The position numbers were made by a program, and so were the translations under genes. DNA of 64,000 nucleotides, taken from the NCBI GenBank assembly GCA_965248265.1, contig CBDFJF010000001.1, forward strand, positions 2,272,001 to 2,336,000, read 5' to 3'. This document shows positions 18,908 through 29,171 of this stretch, piece after piece; the first letter of the stretch is position 1; each line of letters starts with the position of its first letter. The stretch is from Candidatus Latescibacterota bacterium (GTDB taxonomy: Bacteria > Latescibacterota > UBA2968 > UBA8231). Under the pieces are notes generated by a model. That model saw only the letters and a list, made by a program, of their open reading frames with translations, searched no databases and was not told where the DNA came from.

Positions 18908-19239
18908 GATGGTACCCTCCTTCGTTGGCTGTACGATACAATTATTCAAGGGACATGCCAAGAAGGGAGGAATGAGTCCAAGATGGTGCTAACTCATTGC
19001 AGATGTTGGTGATTGGGACAGCGGACGGATGCGGCTCAGAACCCGCTCACATTGGCCTCAGTCCAGCTTTTCGGACAGATCGAGGCTGTGATTGGATGGA
19101 TTTCGAGGGCAGAAGTGTCGTGGGTGTCTGCCTATCCCCACAGGCGCGTTTCAAGGGTAGATATGTCACTGCTCTCTCTTTCTTCTTTCTCTCATTCTCT
19201 CTAACATTTTTACCCTTCAAATCATCTGTACGCGACTGA

Positions 19240-19539
19240 TCACATATACGGTTCCGGCATGAACTCCGGGTAGTAGTTGGCGACGTAGGCGGCGAGAATG
19301 CAGACAATCGTCAGAAAGAGTAGTGCTTTAATAGCCATCCGTCTGTCGTCGGGATCACGCCACCTGAATGTTTTCGTAGCGAAGGGGGCTCCAGTGTCCG
19401 CGCTGATTAACGATCCGAAAGGTACGGGCATTCTTGGGGGCATGACCCGTCGCCGTCTGATGTCCCGGATCAGCCGCCACAGACTATAGACGCCTCCCAC
19501 GGCTAACACCAAGACCACCAGTAGGTATCTGTAATCCAT
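19240..19539 (-). CDS. Small hypothetical two-TM membrane protein
   Basis: 99-aa ORF with two hydrophobic segments, 10 nt downstream of the previous gene. Confidence 0.55.
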   Translation of the reverse strand: MDYRYLLVVLVLAVGGVYSLWRLIRDIRRRRVMPPRMPVPFGSLISADTGAPFATKTFRWRDPDDRRMAIKALLFLTIVCILAAYVANYYPEFMPEPYM

Positions 19540-19548
19540 TTCGAGCCG

Positions 19549-20121
19549 CTATCCGATACCTGCCACGTCCTGACACCGCTCAAGTATCTTCGCTCCCTGT
19601 GGCGGCATGAGGAACCGAAAACCACTGTCGGCGTGGTCCTGCCAGCGGTAGTGTGTGCCGCACCTAACGCAGCGAATGTCCTCATTGTCCGGATCACAGT
19701 CTTGCATCAGTGCGTTGCACACCTTGCAGAACGTGCGGGCCACCCCCATGTCTATGTCCATCGAACGCTTCTCGCCGGAGAAATCATCGTGGACCGTCAT
19801 GCAATCCACACAAACGAACACTGCACTCGTGTCCGGATCCCTGCCTTCGTGCGATCGGAAATAGCCGAGGATCGGCCGCCGTTTCGACGAAGGTAGCTGG
19901 CCGAAGCGCGTGAGCTTCCGATTCTCACAAAACTGACACGGAGCGCCAACAACTCGCACCGCGATCTTGCCGACCGCGATCAAGACTCCCAGGACTGCCA
20001 AGAAAACAAGCCCGATTTTGATGAGGTCCACTATCGCAAACTCCTTATGTCCAGCCAACCACTGGCGTCGGCGTTTGACACATCGCTCGCACGAGGCCAC
20101 CAGACGGCCCAGAATAGCCAA
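19549..20121 (-). CDS. Hypothetical membrane-anchored Zn-finger protein (start uncertain)
   Basis: TM segment followed by four CxxC pairs (CQFC, CVDC, CKVC, CVRC). Confidence 0.6.
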   Translation of the reverse strand: MAILGRLVASCERCVKRRRQWLAGHKEFAIVDLIKIGLVFLAVLGVLIAVGKIAVRVVGAPCQFCENRKLTRFGQLPSSKRRPILGYFRSHEGRDPDTSAVFVCVDCMTVHDDFSGEKRSMDIDMGVARTFCKVCNALMQDCDPDNEDIRCVRCGTHYRWQDHADSGFRFLMPPQGAKILERCQDVAGIG

Positions 20122-21654
20122 TCGTCACTCGTGTGTTAAAGGGGGGTGGTAGACAGTTTAGAGCGTCAGGGTGGCTGTGAGAACGCCTGAACGCTGCAAT
20201 GCCATCGTGTCCATCTTAACTCGTTTCCTCTAGTGACACACTGACAGAGTCCGACACAGAATCAGGAAAGGTTTTCATAGTGAGGTGAGATGCTGTATGG
20301 GAAGCTTACCCGAAAACCGTGTCGGGGTGCGTCAGTGTGTCAGTTGAAGCAGCATTCACGCATTCACCCGCATTGCCAAACCGCAACGCCGTCGCCTTGC
20401 GGAAACGATCCCAGTGAAGGTCGAAACATGACTCACCTCATTTCGCCGCCAGCTTTACTTCCGTCTCCACAGCCGCCATCGCTTCCAGTTTCCGCACTGC
20501 AGCCGTTATCGCTTCCAACTGCATTCGCAGCTCATCATTGTTCCGAGCCAGCTCTTCCTTCTCGGATCGCAGGTCCGACAACTCCGCCTTCACCCGATTC
20601 AACTCCACATTCCCAGGGTCTTGCGCTGACTGTATTGCGTGATTCACCGCAAAACGCTCGAACAGCACCGATATCCGTCGATGCTTGCGACCATCAACTG
20701 ATTCCTCGATCTCGTCCCAGTCCACGGCCTGGACAGCGATACCTACGATGTGACTGACCGGAAACTCACCGGTGTCCCTCATGGCGTGTCCGGCCATATC
20801 GGAGGAGATCAGATGATCGCCGATCTCAACGTTCTGGCCATCCTCAACCACCCACATCACGCCGTTGCCCACGGCCATTACGAGGTGGGGGTTGTCAGGT
20901 CCGGCTGGGTCTTGGGACTCCTGCAATCCGAGATAGGCACCGAGGATCTTCGGATCGTTGGGAATTGACGATGGGTTGACACCGTAGATGATCTCGGAGT
21001 CAGCGTTGTCATGGAGTCTGTGGTTGTCGCCGGTAAGGGTTACGAGTGCACCCCGTTCGATCGTGCGATCGGTCCAGCCGTAGTGAGAGCCGGTGAAGGC
21101 ATTGTAGGAAGTAGTAGCACCGGACACGGAGATGCTTCCCTGTTCGATGCCGGCGACTTGAATAGAGATAATGGTGCCGTCGTTGGTTGTGCGGTTGAAC
21201 CCTGCGACGGTGGTGCCGGACGCCTCTACGTCCAGTTTTTCGCCCGGCGTCGTCGTGCCGATGCCGACGTTGCCGCCGTCTTGCATCACATTCAGCGCCC
21301 CTCCAGTGGACTCGAATCTCAGCGCACCGCCGGGCATAATGCCTTGATTCCACTCCAATGCGCCTGACGTAAAGCGAATCCCACCGGCGTTGGAGGTATC
21401 ACCATTTATTGTCAGCTTGGCTCCAGGACTCGCCGTGCCGATACCGACGTTTCCGTTCTGGTTAACCACCATCCTGGTCGTCCACGTTATCTCATTATCT
21501 TGCCCGGGTTGATCTCCACTTTCGAAGTGGATGGCGTTGTCGTTGCCATCGGCATCTCCGATGATCCGGGCGGGATAGAGACCTGCGCCGCCGGTCGCAC
21601 GCTGGGTATTCGCGTTGTTCGAGTGGTATGCAAGGAATGTTAGATAAGGCGCTC

Positions 21655-22968
21655 GGTACAAACCGGGTAGATTGGTAACACATCTGACCGGGTTGATGGG
21701 TGACACTCCTTCTACTTTTTGACCAACCCCAATTGGGAGGTTGGTCGATGCCCTGGATGGAGACAGCACCCATGGAACAACGTAAGCGATTTATCGCCGA
21801 CGATCAGCGCGGGCACTACTCGAGAGCGGAGCTGTGCGAGCGATACGGGATCAGCCGCAAAACCGGATACAAGTGGCTTCAGCGGCACGCCGAAGAGGGG
21901 GTGCCCGGGTTACAGGACCGCAGTCACGCGCCCCACACCTGTCCGCATCGCATGGCGCCAGAGATTGCCGAGCTCATTCTCGGAGCGCGCACACGGCACC
22001 CCGATTGGGGACCGAACAAACTGTTGGACTGGCTGGCGCCTCGACATCCGCACATCTGCTCCTGGCCGGCGGTCAGTACGGCAGGCGATCTGCTGGTGCG
22101 CGAAGGCCTGGTGAAGAAGCGACGACGACGACGCCCACGTCAGCACCCCGGAGCCGTGCCGCCGACCACCGACAACCCCAACGATCTGTGGACGGCCGAC
22201 TTCAAAGGCCAATTTCCTACCAAGAACGGAGTTTGGTGTTTCCCTCTCACCATCAGCGATCAGCACACTCGCTATCTCCTGACCTGCCGCGCCCTGCCCG
22301 ACATCAAGACCTTGCATGCGCGTCCGGTCTTCGAGAGAGCCTTCCGCGAATTCGGCCTGCCTCAGGCCATTCGCACCGACAACGGCGTTCCCTTTGCTTC
22401 CAGAGGATTGCATGGGCTATGCCGACTCAACGTTTGGTGGATGAGGCTCGGCATCGTGCACCAGCGGATCCGCCCGGCATCGCCGCAGGAAAATGGCGCC
22501 CACGAACGCATGCATCGCACCTTGAAGGCCGCTACCTGTCGGCCACCCGCCGCCAACAAGGCCGCCCAGCAGCGATCCTTCCAGCGCTTCCGACAGCTCT
22601 ACAACGACGAGCGTCCCCATGACGCCCTCAACGGCAAGACTCCTGGCTCCCGGTACCACCCATCACCCCGGCCCTATCCCGGCCGCATGCCGACCATTGA
22701 GTACCCCGGTCACTTCGTCATCAAGCACGTCACCCGAGCCGGGACCATACGCCTCGGCCACAAGCTCATCTTCATCGCTCAGTCTCTCAAGCATCTCGAC
22801 ATCGGTCTCGAGGAGATCGACGACGGCGTCTGGGCCATCTACTTCAACACCGTCCTCCTAGCCACCGTCGACGAGAGGGACATGATCGTACGGGAGTGAA
22901 TTCAATCAAAACAATAGTGTCACCCATCAACCCGGTTTAGACTGTTACCTATCAGCCCGGTTGCTGCA
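21655..22968 (+). mobile_element. IS481-family element, 1314 bp
   Basis: ~53-bp imperfect inverted repeats (21655-21707 and 22916-22968); GCTC duplicated at 21651-21654 and 22969-22972. Confidence 0.9.
21748..22899 (+). CDS. IS481 transposase
   Basis: MPW start; ISRKTGYKW HTH; WTADFKG, RTDNG and ENGAHERMHRTLK DDE motifs; GGAGG RBS. Confidence 0.93.
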   Translation: MPWMETAPMEQRKRFIADDQRGHYSRAELCERYGISRKTGYKWLQRHAEEGVPGLQDRSHAPHTCPHRMAPEIAELILGARTRHPDWGPNKLLDWLAPRHPHICSWPAVSTAGDLLVREGLVKKRRRRRPRQHPGAVPPTTDNPNDLWTADFKGQFPTKNGVWCFPLTISDQHTRYLLTCRALPDIKTLHARPVFERAFREFGLPQAIRTDNGVPFASRGLHGLCRLNVWWMRLGIVHQRIRPASPQENGAHERMHRTLKAATCRPPAANKAAQQRSFQRFRQLYNDERPHDALNGKTPGSRYHPSPRPYPGRMPTIEYPGHFVIKHVTRAGTIRLGHKLIFIAQSLKHLDIGLEEIDDGVWAIYFNTVLLATVDERDMIVRE

Positions 22969-23381
22969 GCTCCACTGGTATTGAGGGAACCCAGCGAGCC
23001 AGAGTGGTTTGTGTTCAAGTTCCCGAACAGGAGCGCGTCCCCGGAATTGTAGGCTTCGATGTTGGCGACGCGGGTGCCAGCGCTGGAGGGGATTCCCGGT
23101 CCGGCAACATCGAGCGATTGACCTGGAGAGGTGGTGCCGATGCCGACGTTGCCTCCATTGGGATTCAGAGTCAATGGCTTGACCCCTACTCCAGTCTCTT
23201 GGCTCTGTAACACAGTAAAATCACCTACAGCGCTGTACCCAATACGGAGCATCTTGGCCGGAGTCGTGGCATCGCTGAGACGCAATTGAGTGAAACCACT
23301 GCCAACCCAATCAACATCCTTTTTTATGAGCACCTCCTCAGTAGCTCCCGTGAGATCGACCTGAAACTTGTTGGTTGGACT

Positions 23382-23915
23382 CGTCGTGCCGATTCCGACA
23401 TCCCCCTCGCCCGTCATGACCAGATTCTCAGTTCCGCCCCACCCTTCAGTAGTCCCGATTGTAAGGGAGCGGCTCGCATCTGCTGCGTTGTAGGTCCCGA
23501 TCATGGTGAAACCCTCATTGGCCCCAGAGCTCTTGCCCAATGTGAGATACGTGTACTGGCCGTTTGTCAATCCGGAATTGAGGATGTGAACTCCGTTGTT
23601 TGCCGCCGGTTTGACATCCAGGATTGCACCCGGTGACGTCGTGCCGATTCCGACATCCCCCTCGCCCGTCATGACCAGATTCTCAGTTCCGCCCCACCCT
23701 TCAGTAGTCCCGATTGTAAGGGAGCGGCTCGCATCTGCTGCGTTGTAGGTCCCGATCATGGTGAAACCCTCATTGGCCCCAGAGCTCTTGCCCAATGTGA
23801 GATACGTGTACTGGCCGTTTGTCAATCCGGAATTGAGGATGTGAACTCCGTTGTTTGCCGCCGGTTTGACATCCAGGATTGCACCCGGTGACGTCGTGCC
23901 GATTCCGACATCCCC
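23382..23915. repeat. Perfect in-frame 255-bp tandem duplication (about 2.1 copies)
   Basis: Units start at 23382, 23637 and 23892; no mismatches seen. Confidence 0.92.
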
Positions 23916-26145
23916 GTTCACTGTCAACCCACCCGCTCCGGCGATATCAACCGCCCCGTTGTCCGCGGTGATGGTACGACCAGCTCCCGCAGTGGGCTCG
24001 TCGTAAGCTCCGTCGAGCGTGTTCTGGGTGTCGGTATCAGTGTCTGTGTCCGTAGCGTTGAAGGTCAGGGTGTTGCCCGAAGGTGTAATGGCCATGTTGG
24101 TACCGGCAGCCAGGGTCACGGCATCCGTGAGGCTGTTCAATGTCTTGACCACGGCCCCTGCGGCCACATCACCGGCCACTATGGTCGCATTGGCAATCTC
24201 AGCCGAAGTGACGGCATTCGCGGCGATCTTTGCCGTCGTGACCGCACCAGCGGCCAGTTCCGTACTGCCGACTCCGCCTGCAGCGATATCGAGGGTTACA
24301 TCACCGGTGGTGCCGCCATTGGCAAGGCCTGTACCTGCCGTTACGCCAGTAATATCACCCCCAGCCGTGGCGTCGATGGTAAGCGTGTTACCGGCCGGGG
24401 TGATGTTGATATTAGATCCTGCCGCCAGGGTGACGGCGTCAACCAGGGTATTAACACTGGTGACCACCTGACTGGTCGCCAGGTCGGCCGCCACGATGGT
24501 GCCATCACCGATCTTAGCCGAAGTGACTGCATCAGCGGCCAGCTCGGCATTGCCGACGGCACCAGCCGCGATTTCATCGGCATCCACGGAATCAGTCGCC
24601 AGGTCGGCTGCCGAAATGGTGCCATCGGCGATCTTGGCACTCGTTACGGCATTGGTACCCAGATCAGCCTCCGCGATCGCGCTGTCGATGATCTTGGCAC
24701 CTGTGATCGAATTGTCTGCTATATCGCCAGTACCCACCTCATTTCCGCCGGTGGTCGAGATCGTGATGTTCTGGCCGACTTGAACGATGTCAATGTTGGC
24801 ACCCTCAAGCAGGGTTACGTCGTTGGTGGCCGAGTTGAGACTCAATACTGCTGTGTCGGTGGCCAGCTTAGCTGCCGTCACCGCGGCGTCTTGGATCTTG
24901 GTATTGGACACGGCGCCATCTGCCAGTTCGGAATTGCCCACCGCATCAGTGGCTATCTGCGTCGCCGTTACCGCGTCGGATGCCAGGTCAGCCGCAGCAA
25001 TCGTGCCGTCCGTGATCTTTGCAGAGGTCACCGCATTGTCAGCCAATTCAGATCCGGCTGCAGTGATCGTCACCGTATTGCCTACAGTGGCCACGGTAAC
25101 GTTGTCACCACCCGCGATGGTTACGCCGTCGGTGACGGTGTTGACGCTCGTCACCACTGCTCCCGCTGCAATGTCGGCCGAGCCTATGCTGCCATCGGCG
25201 ATCTTGGCTGCAGTCACGGCGTCGTCGGCAAGCTCTTCTCCCGTGATCGCTGCATCGGCAATCTTGGCGTTGGTTACTGAGTCTTCCGCAAGCTGCTCCG
25301 TACCCACGGCGTTGGCAGCGATCTTATCCGCAGTCACCGCGCCGTCTTCGACACTCTTGGCGTAGAGGCTGTAGGGAGCCGCTACCAGTGCAATGCGCGG
25401 CGACAACTCATCACCGACACCTATCGAGATGCCCAGGTAGTAGGGCCGGTCAAAGGGCACCGAATCCAAGGACTCGGTCGCTCCCAGTACCACGCTGAAG
25501 AGCCCCTTGCTCGTCGTCACCGTCCGCGTCGTCTCCCATACCCCAGTGCCCCCTGTGGATTGTTCGTACAGGCTGAAAGTGATCTCATGATCGCCATCTG
25601 CGACCACATCGCCAGCGGCGTCAGTCAGGTAGCCCATATAGGAGACGGTCTTGGGCACGGGCTCCTGGGCGTGGGCGATCGATAGCGAAATTGCAAGGCA
25701 AAGTGAGATAGCAAGCAGGGGTTTCATCACAACATCTCCTGGGTGAGATTCTTCTTGCGAGCATTTACAGGCTGGTGCCGACACCACACCATAGTGACGG
25801 GGGTGATGGTACGGAGATTGTGAGAGAGGACCAAGCAGAGGATAGGACAGGAGCTACAGGCTATCTGGCTGTTACAGTGCGAGGTAACACGCCATATAGA
25901 TATGGGTCCCCACTTTCACGCGATCGCGGAGAAGGGGTACGGGCTTGGGGGGCAGGCACTGGTGTCCACCTGGTGCCTTATTCTATATTAATGGGTGTTA
26001 ATCGAATTGAATGAGGGAATCGCCCCTCCAGAGGTAGGCTCCTAAATCAGTACTGCGCATAGGGATACGAAACCAGTCTGGTCTGACTACGGATCAGGAG
26101 GTTTGGGGTTCGAATCCCTATGGGTGCACCAGAAATACTGGTCGG

Positions 26146-26177
26146 GAGTCCCCGGGTCGCCGATTCCGGGGACTTCC
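26146..26177 (+). terminator. GC-rich hairpin between att and tRNA-Arg(UCG)
   Basis: GAGTCCCCGG / CCGGGGACTT stem followed by a pyrimidine tract but no clean T-run. Confidence 0.4.
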
Positions 26178-26198
26178 CTCCTTCCTTGCCTGCCGTTC

Positions 26199-26272
26199 GC
26201 ACCCATAGCTCAATTGGATAGAGCATCTGGCTTCGAACCAGAAGGTTGGAGGTTCAAGTCCTCCTGGGTGCA
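26199..26272 (+). tRNA. tRNA-Arg(TCG), CCA not encoded
   Basis: GCACCCA/TGGGTGC acceptor stem; TCTGG-CT-TCG-AA-CCAGA anticodon arm; GGTTCAAGTCC T-arm. Confidence 0.95.
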
Positions 26273-26277
26273 CGGTT

Positions 26278-26772
26278 TTATTCTCCAGCCCCCGCCTTCA
26301 CCGTCGCCACTATTCGCATCGTGCGCACATCGTCGAGACGCAACTCCGCAGAACGGATCTCGAACTCTCCGGACTCGACCAGAGCCTGTTCTGGCTCAAA
26401 CACGACAGGCAGCCCGAATGGGATGAAGCGATCGAAAAGAAAGCCGTCGCGGTCCAGAAACCGCAGGTCGTAGTTCATTTCCAGGGTTTCATCCACGACG
26501 CTACGAAAGTGAATCTCGAAGGGGCCGACGACCTCTAGCGCACCGGAGGCAGAGAAGTCGAATGCGGTCGGGATCCAGCGCACACTGTCGACGACGACGG
26601 CTTGAGCCAGATCATCATCTTCCCCCGCACTCAGAACGAACTCAGAGGTGAACACGGAATCCCGTGGACCCGTGCTCCCGGATCCACAGCCGCTCAGGAA
26701 CAACAGCATGCCGGCCGCGGCGATTCCCCCACGCCAACAACGTTGCCCTGGCCCGTCGTGTGTCACCCTCAT
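26278..26772 (-). CDS. Hypothetical lipoprotein (start uncertain)
   Basis: AGGAGG-rich RBS; lipobox LSGC; beta-rich mature part. Confidence 0.6.
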   Translation of the reverse strand: MRVTHDGPGQRCWRGGIAAAGMLLFLSGCGSGSTGPRDSVFTSEFVLSAGEDDDLAQAVVVDSVRWIPTAFDFSASGALEVVGPFEIHFRSVVDETLEMNYDLRFLDRDGFLFDRFIPFGLPVVFEPEQALVESGEFEIRSAELRLDDVRTMRIVATVKAGAGE

Positions 26773-26918
26773 CCTCCTCCTCCTTGTCAGACTCTTTCTC
26801 CGCCGTTGACCTTGCTCCCATGCGGCAGCGCAGAGTAAGATATGCACTGATGACTTCCCGCTCAGTTCACTACATAATCCCGCAACCGCCGCACATAAAC
26901 CCACCGTCACCGTCTTTC

Positions 26919-29171
26919 ATGCGCAAGGTCCGGTACTGCGTGAGTCGGTGGACGGTGCTTGGCGCCTCGTCGACCCTCATGCTGACTGCATCCGCCGGCG
27001 CTGACGGCATCGCGGACCCGGATTCCTCCACGTCAGGGACCTACACCCTCGATCCACATGTCGTCACGACGACCCGTTTGCCGCGTAACATCGAAAAGAT
27101 TCCGTACTCCATCGACGAAATCTCATTCGATGATCTTGCGCCGCGAGAGAGTGGCGTGTCCATCGATGAGTCCCTGCGCCGTTTGCCGGGTCTGTTCGTC
27201 AGTAACCGGCAGAATCTGTCACAGGGCGATCGCCTTTCAATCAGGGGCATCGGCAGCCGGACCAGCTTCGGCGTCCGTGGTGTCCGCGTGCTGCTCGATC
27301 ATATCCCGCTGACCATGCCGGATGGACAATCGCAGTTGAGCAACGTCGACCTCAGCTCGATCGGCCGCATCGACATCATGCGCGGCGCCACCTCCGCCCT
27401 GTACGGAAACGCCGCTGGCGGAGTCGTTCACCTGCACACCCGGGACCCCGGCGCGCCGGGAACCATGGAGATCGAACCCCGCCTGGTGCTAGGATCGTAC
27501 GGTCTTGCCAAGTGGCAGGTGGGGCTCAGACGCAACTTCGTCGAGCACTCCCTGGTAGCGAGCGCCAGCAGGCTGGATCGCGACGGCTACCGCGACCACG
27601 CCGACTCGCGCTCCATCAACCTGAATGCCGTGGGCCGTCATCATATTGGAAAGCACCTGAGGGCGACGACGATCCTCAACATCTATGATGCCCCCTATCT
27701 GCTCAATCCCAGTTCGCTCTCGCGCACGGTTGCGGACGCGGATACGACACGGCGCACGGCACGCATCTTCGTGCGCTCGCAGGGCGCGACCAAGCAGGTA
27801 CGCCAGTTGCAGAGCGGTGCCACCGTCGACTACGACCGGCCTGAGTTCGGACGGCTGCTGTTGACGGCGTACGGACTGACTCGTTCGCTGTCCAACCCGA
27901 TCCCCGGCCGCATCATTGAATTGGAACGCTCCGCGGGCGGATTGCGCTCCGCTTTCGAGCCAACGCGGATCGGCTCGCTGCCGATTCATGCGATTCTCGG
28001 CATCGACCTGGAAGCTCAGAGCGACGACCGCCAGGAATTCGCCAATGGCGGCCTGCCCTCCGAACTCGTCGATGCCCTCGATGCGGACGACGTCCTGGAT
28101 CAGGTCGTCTATGGTAATCGACAGCTCGACCAGCAGGAGCGCGTTTTCGGGATTGGACCGTTTTACGAACTCCAATGGACAACCCACGGAAGCGTAACCT
28201 TCACGACCGGTGGACGCTACGATCGCTACCGCTTCGAGGTCGACGACCGCCTGGCGACCGACGGCATTGATCGCTCCGGCAACCGCACCTTGTCGCGCTT
28301 CAGCCCCATGTTCGGCGCAACCTTCAACCCACGTCCGCAGCTTACCCTGTTCGCCAATTACACCACCGCCTTTCAGACGCCGTCGACCGTCGAACTCGGC
28401 AACAGCGCCTCCTCGGAGGGCGGCTTCAACGATGATCTGGACCCGGAAACCATCCACAGTGTCGAGTTGGGCGCCCGGGGGACTTTCCGAGTTCGTTCAA
28501 GCCCGCTCGATTTCGGCGTCAGTTTTTACCGCTTCGCGATCGACGACATCCTGGTGCCCTTTCAGGTCGCCGACAGTGGGGAGGTGTTTTTCCGCAATGA
28601 GCTCCGCGCGACCAACCTGGGTCTCGAGGTCAATGCGAGTTGGGCGCTGACACGGGTACTGCGAACGGATGTCTCCTACACCAGGTCCAATTTTGAGTAC
28701 GATTCTTTCATCGAGTGTCCCGGAGGCGGAGCTGACTGCCTCACGCATGAAAACAATGACGTACCCGGCATGCCGCAGAACCATGGCTTCGCTCGCCTGG
28801 CCTACGACCGAATCGGCTCTGCCAGCGACGCTGTTGGCGGAGGCGATGTTACTCGAGGCGCTTTCGCTTCCGTTGATCTACGTTGGGTAGGAGAGTACTT
28901 CGCCAATGATTTCAATGGACCCAGTATCGCCAGCGACAAGCCCGTCAGTGACTTCCTCAATCCGTCCTACTGGACCTCGGACGTGAGACTCGGCACCCGC
29001 GGTGCGCTCGCCGGCATCCCACTCCGGCTCACAATCGGTATCGACAACCTTTTTGACGAGCGCTACCACGGTTCCGTCGTCCCCAATGCCTTCGGAGATC
29101 GCTTCTTCGAGCCGGCGCCGGGCCGAACCTTCTTCCTCAGCCTCAGTCTTCCGTACTCTCGCACTTCCTGA
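26919..29171 (+). CDS. TonB-dependent receptor
   Basis: TonB-box-like VVTTTR; plug motifs SIRGIG and RIDIMRGATSALYGNAAGGVV; C-terminal DNLFDERY...PAPGRTF. Confidence 0.92.
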   Translation: MRKVRYCVSRWTVLGASSTLMLTASAGADGIADPDSSTSGTYTLDPHVVTTTRLPRNIEKIPYSIDEISFDDLAPRESGVSIDESLRRLPGLFVSNRQNLSQGDRLSIRGIGSRTSFGVRGVRVLLDHIPLTMPDGQSQLSNVDLSSIGRIDIMRGATSALYGNAAGGVVHLHTRDPGAPGTMEIEPRLVLGSYGLAKWQVGLRRNFVEHSLVASASRLDRDGYRDHADSRSINLNAVGRHHIGKHLRATTILNIYDAPYLLNPSSLSRTVADADTTRRTARIFVRSQGATKQVRQLQSGATVDYDRPEFGRLLLTAYGLTRSLSNPIPGRIIELERSAGGLRSAFEPTRIGSLPIHAILGIDLEAQSDDRQEFANGGLPSELVDALDADDVLDQVVYGNRQLDQQERVFGIGPFYELQWTTHGSVTFTTGGRYDRYRFEVDDRLATDGIDRSGNRTLSRFSPMFGATFNPRPQLTLFANYTTAFQTPSTVELGNSASSEGGFNDDLDPETIHSVELGARGTFRVRSSPLDFGVSFYRFAIDDILVPFQVADSGEVFFRNELRATNLGLEVNASWALTRVLRTDVSYTRSNFEYDSFIECPGGGADCLTHENNDVPGMPQNHGFARLAYDRIGSASDAVGGGDVTRGAFASVDLRWVGEYFANDFNGPSIASDKPVSDFLNPSYWTSDVRLGTRGALAGIPLRLTIGIDNLFDERYHGSVVPNAFGDRFFEPAPGRTFFLSLSLPYSRTS

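Larger units (their letters stand above)
20438..25727 (-). pseudogene. Secreted tail-fibre/adhesin-like protein (1323 aa when restored) split by IS481
   Basis: Signal peptide; VTxxKIA repeats; G(N/D)VGIGTTSP modules; C-terminal chaperone-like domain and coiled coil. Removing the IS and one GCTC restores the frame (NTSGA/PYLTF). Confidence 0.85.
15901..26131. mobile_element. tRNA-integrated genomic island (degenerate, no integrase)
   Basis: Identical 49-bp direct repeats at 15901-15949 and 26083-26131 (tRNA 3' half); lower-GC cargo and two IS elements inside. Confidence 0.9.

Noticed and set aside
17453-20121. Integron cassette array in the island (co-oriented small genes)
   Set aside because: No paired R''/R' core sites or attC-like stems were found between these genes.
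23382-23915. Possible DGR template/variable repeat pair
   Set aside because: The copies are identical, with no adenine-specific mismatches, and no reverse transcriptase is present in the window.
15950-26082. Prophage
   Set aside because: No capsid, terminase, portal, integrase or lysis genes; the fibre-like protein has a Sec signal peptide.
26083-26131. Third tRNA gene
   Set aside because: Only the 3' 49 nt are present; this is the att duplication.
29143-29171. 29-bp convergent overlap of the TonB receptor and methyltransferase genes
   Set aside because: Short 3' overlaps are common, and nothing indicates a regulatory role.
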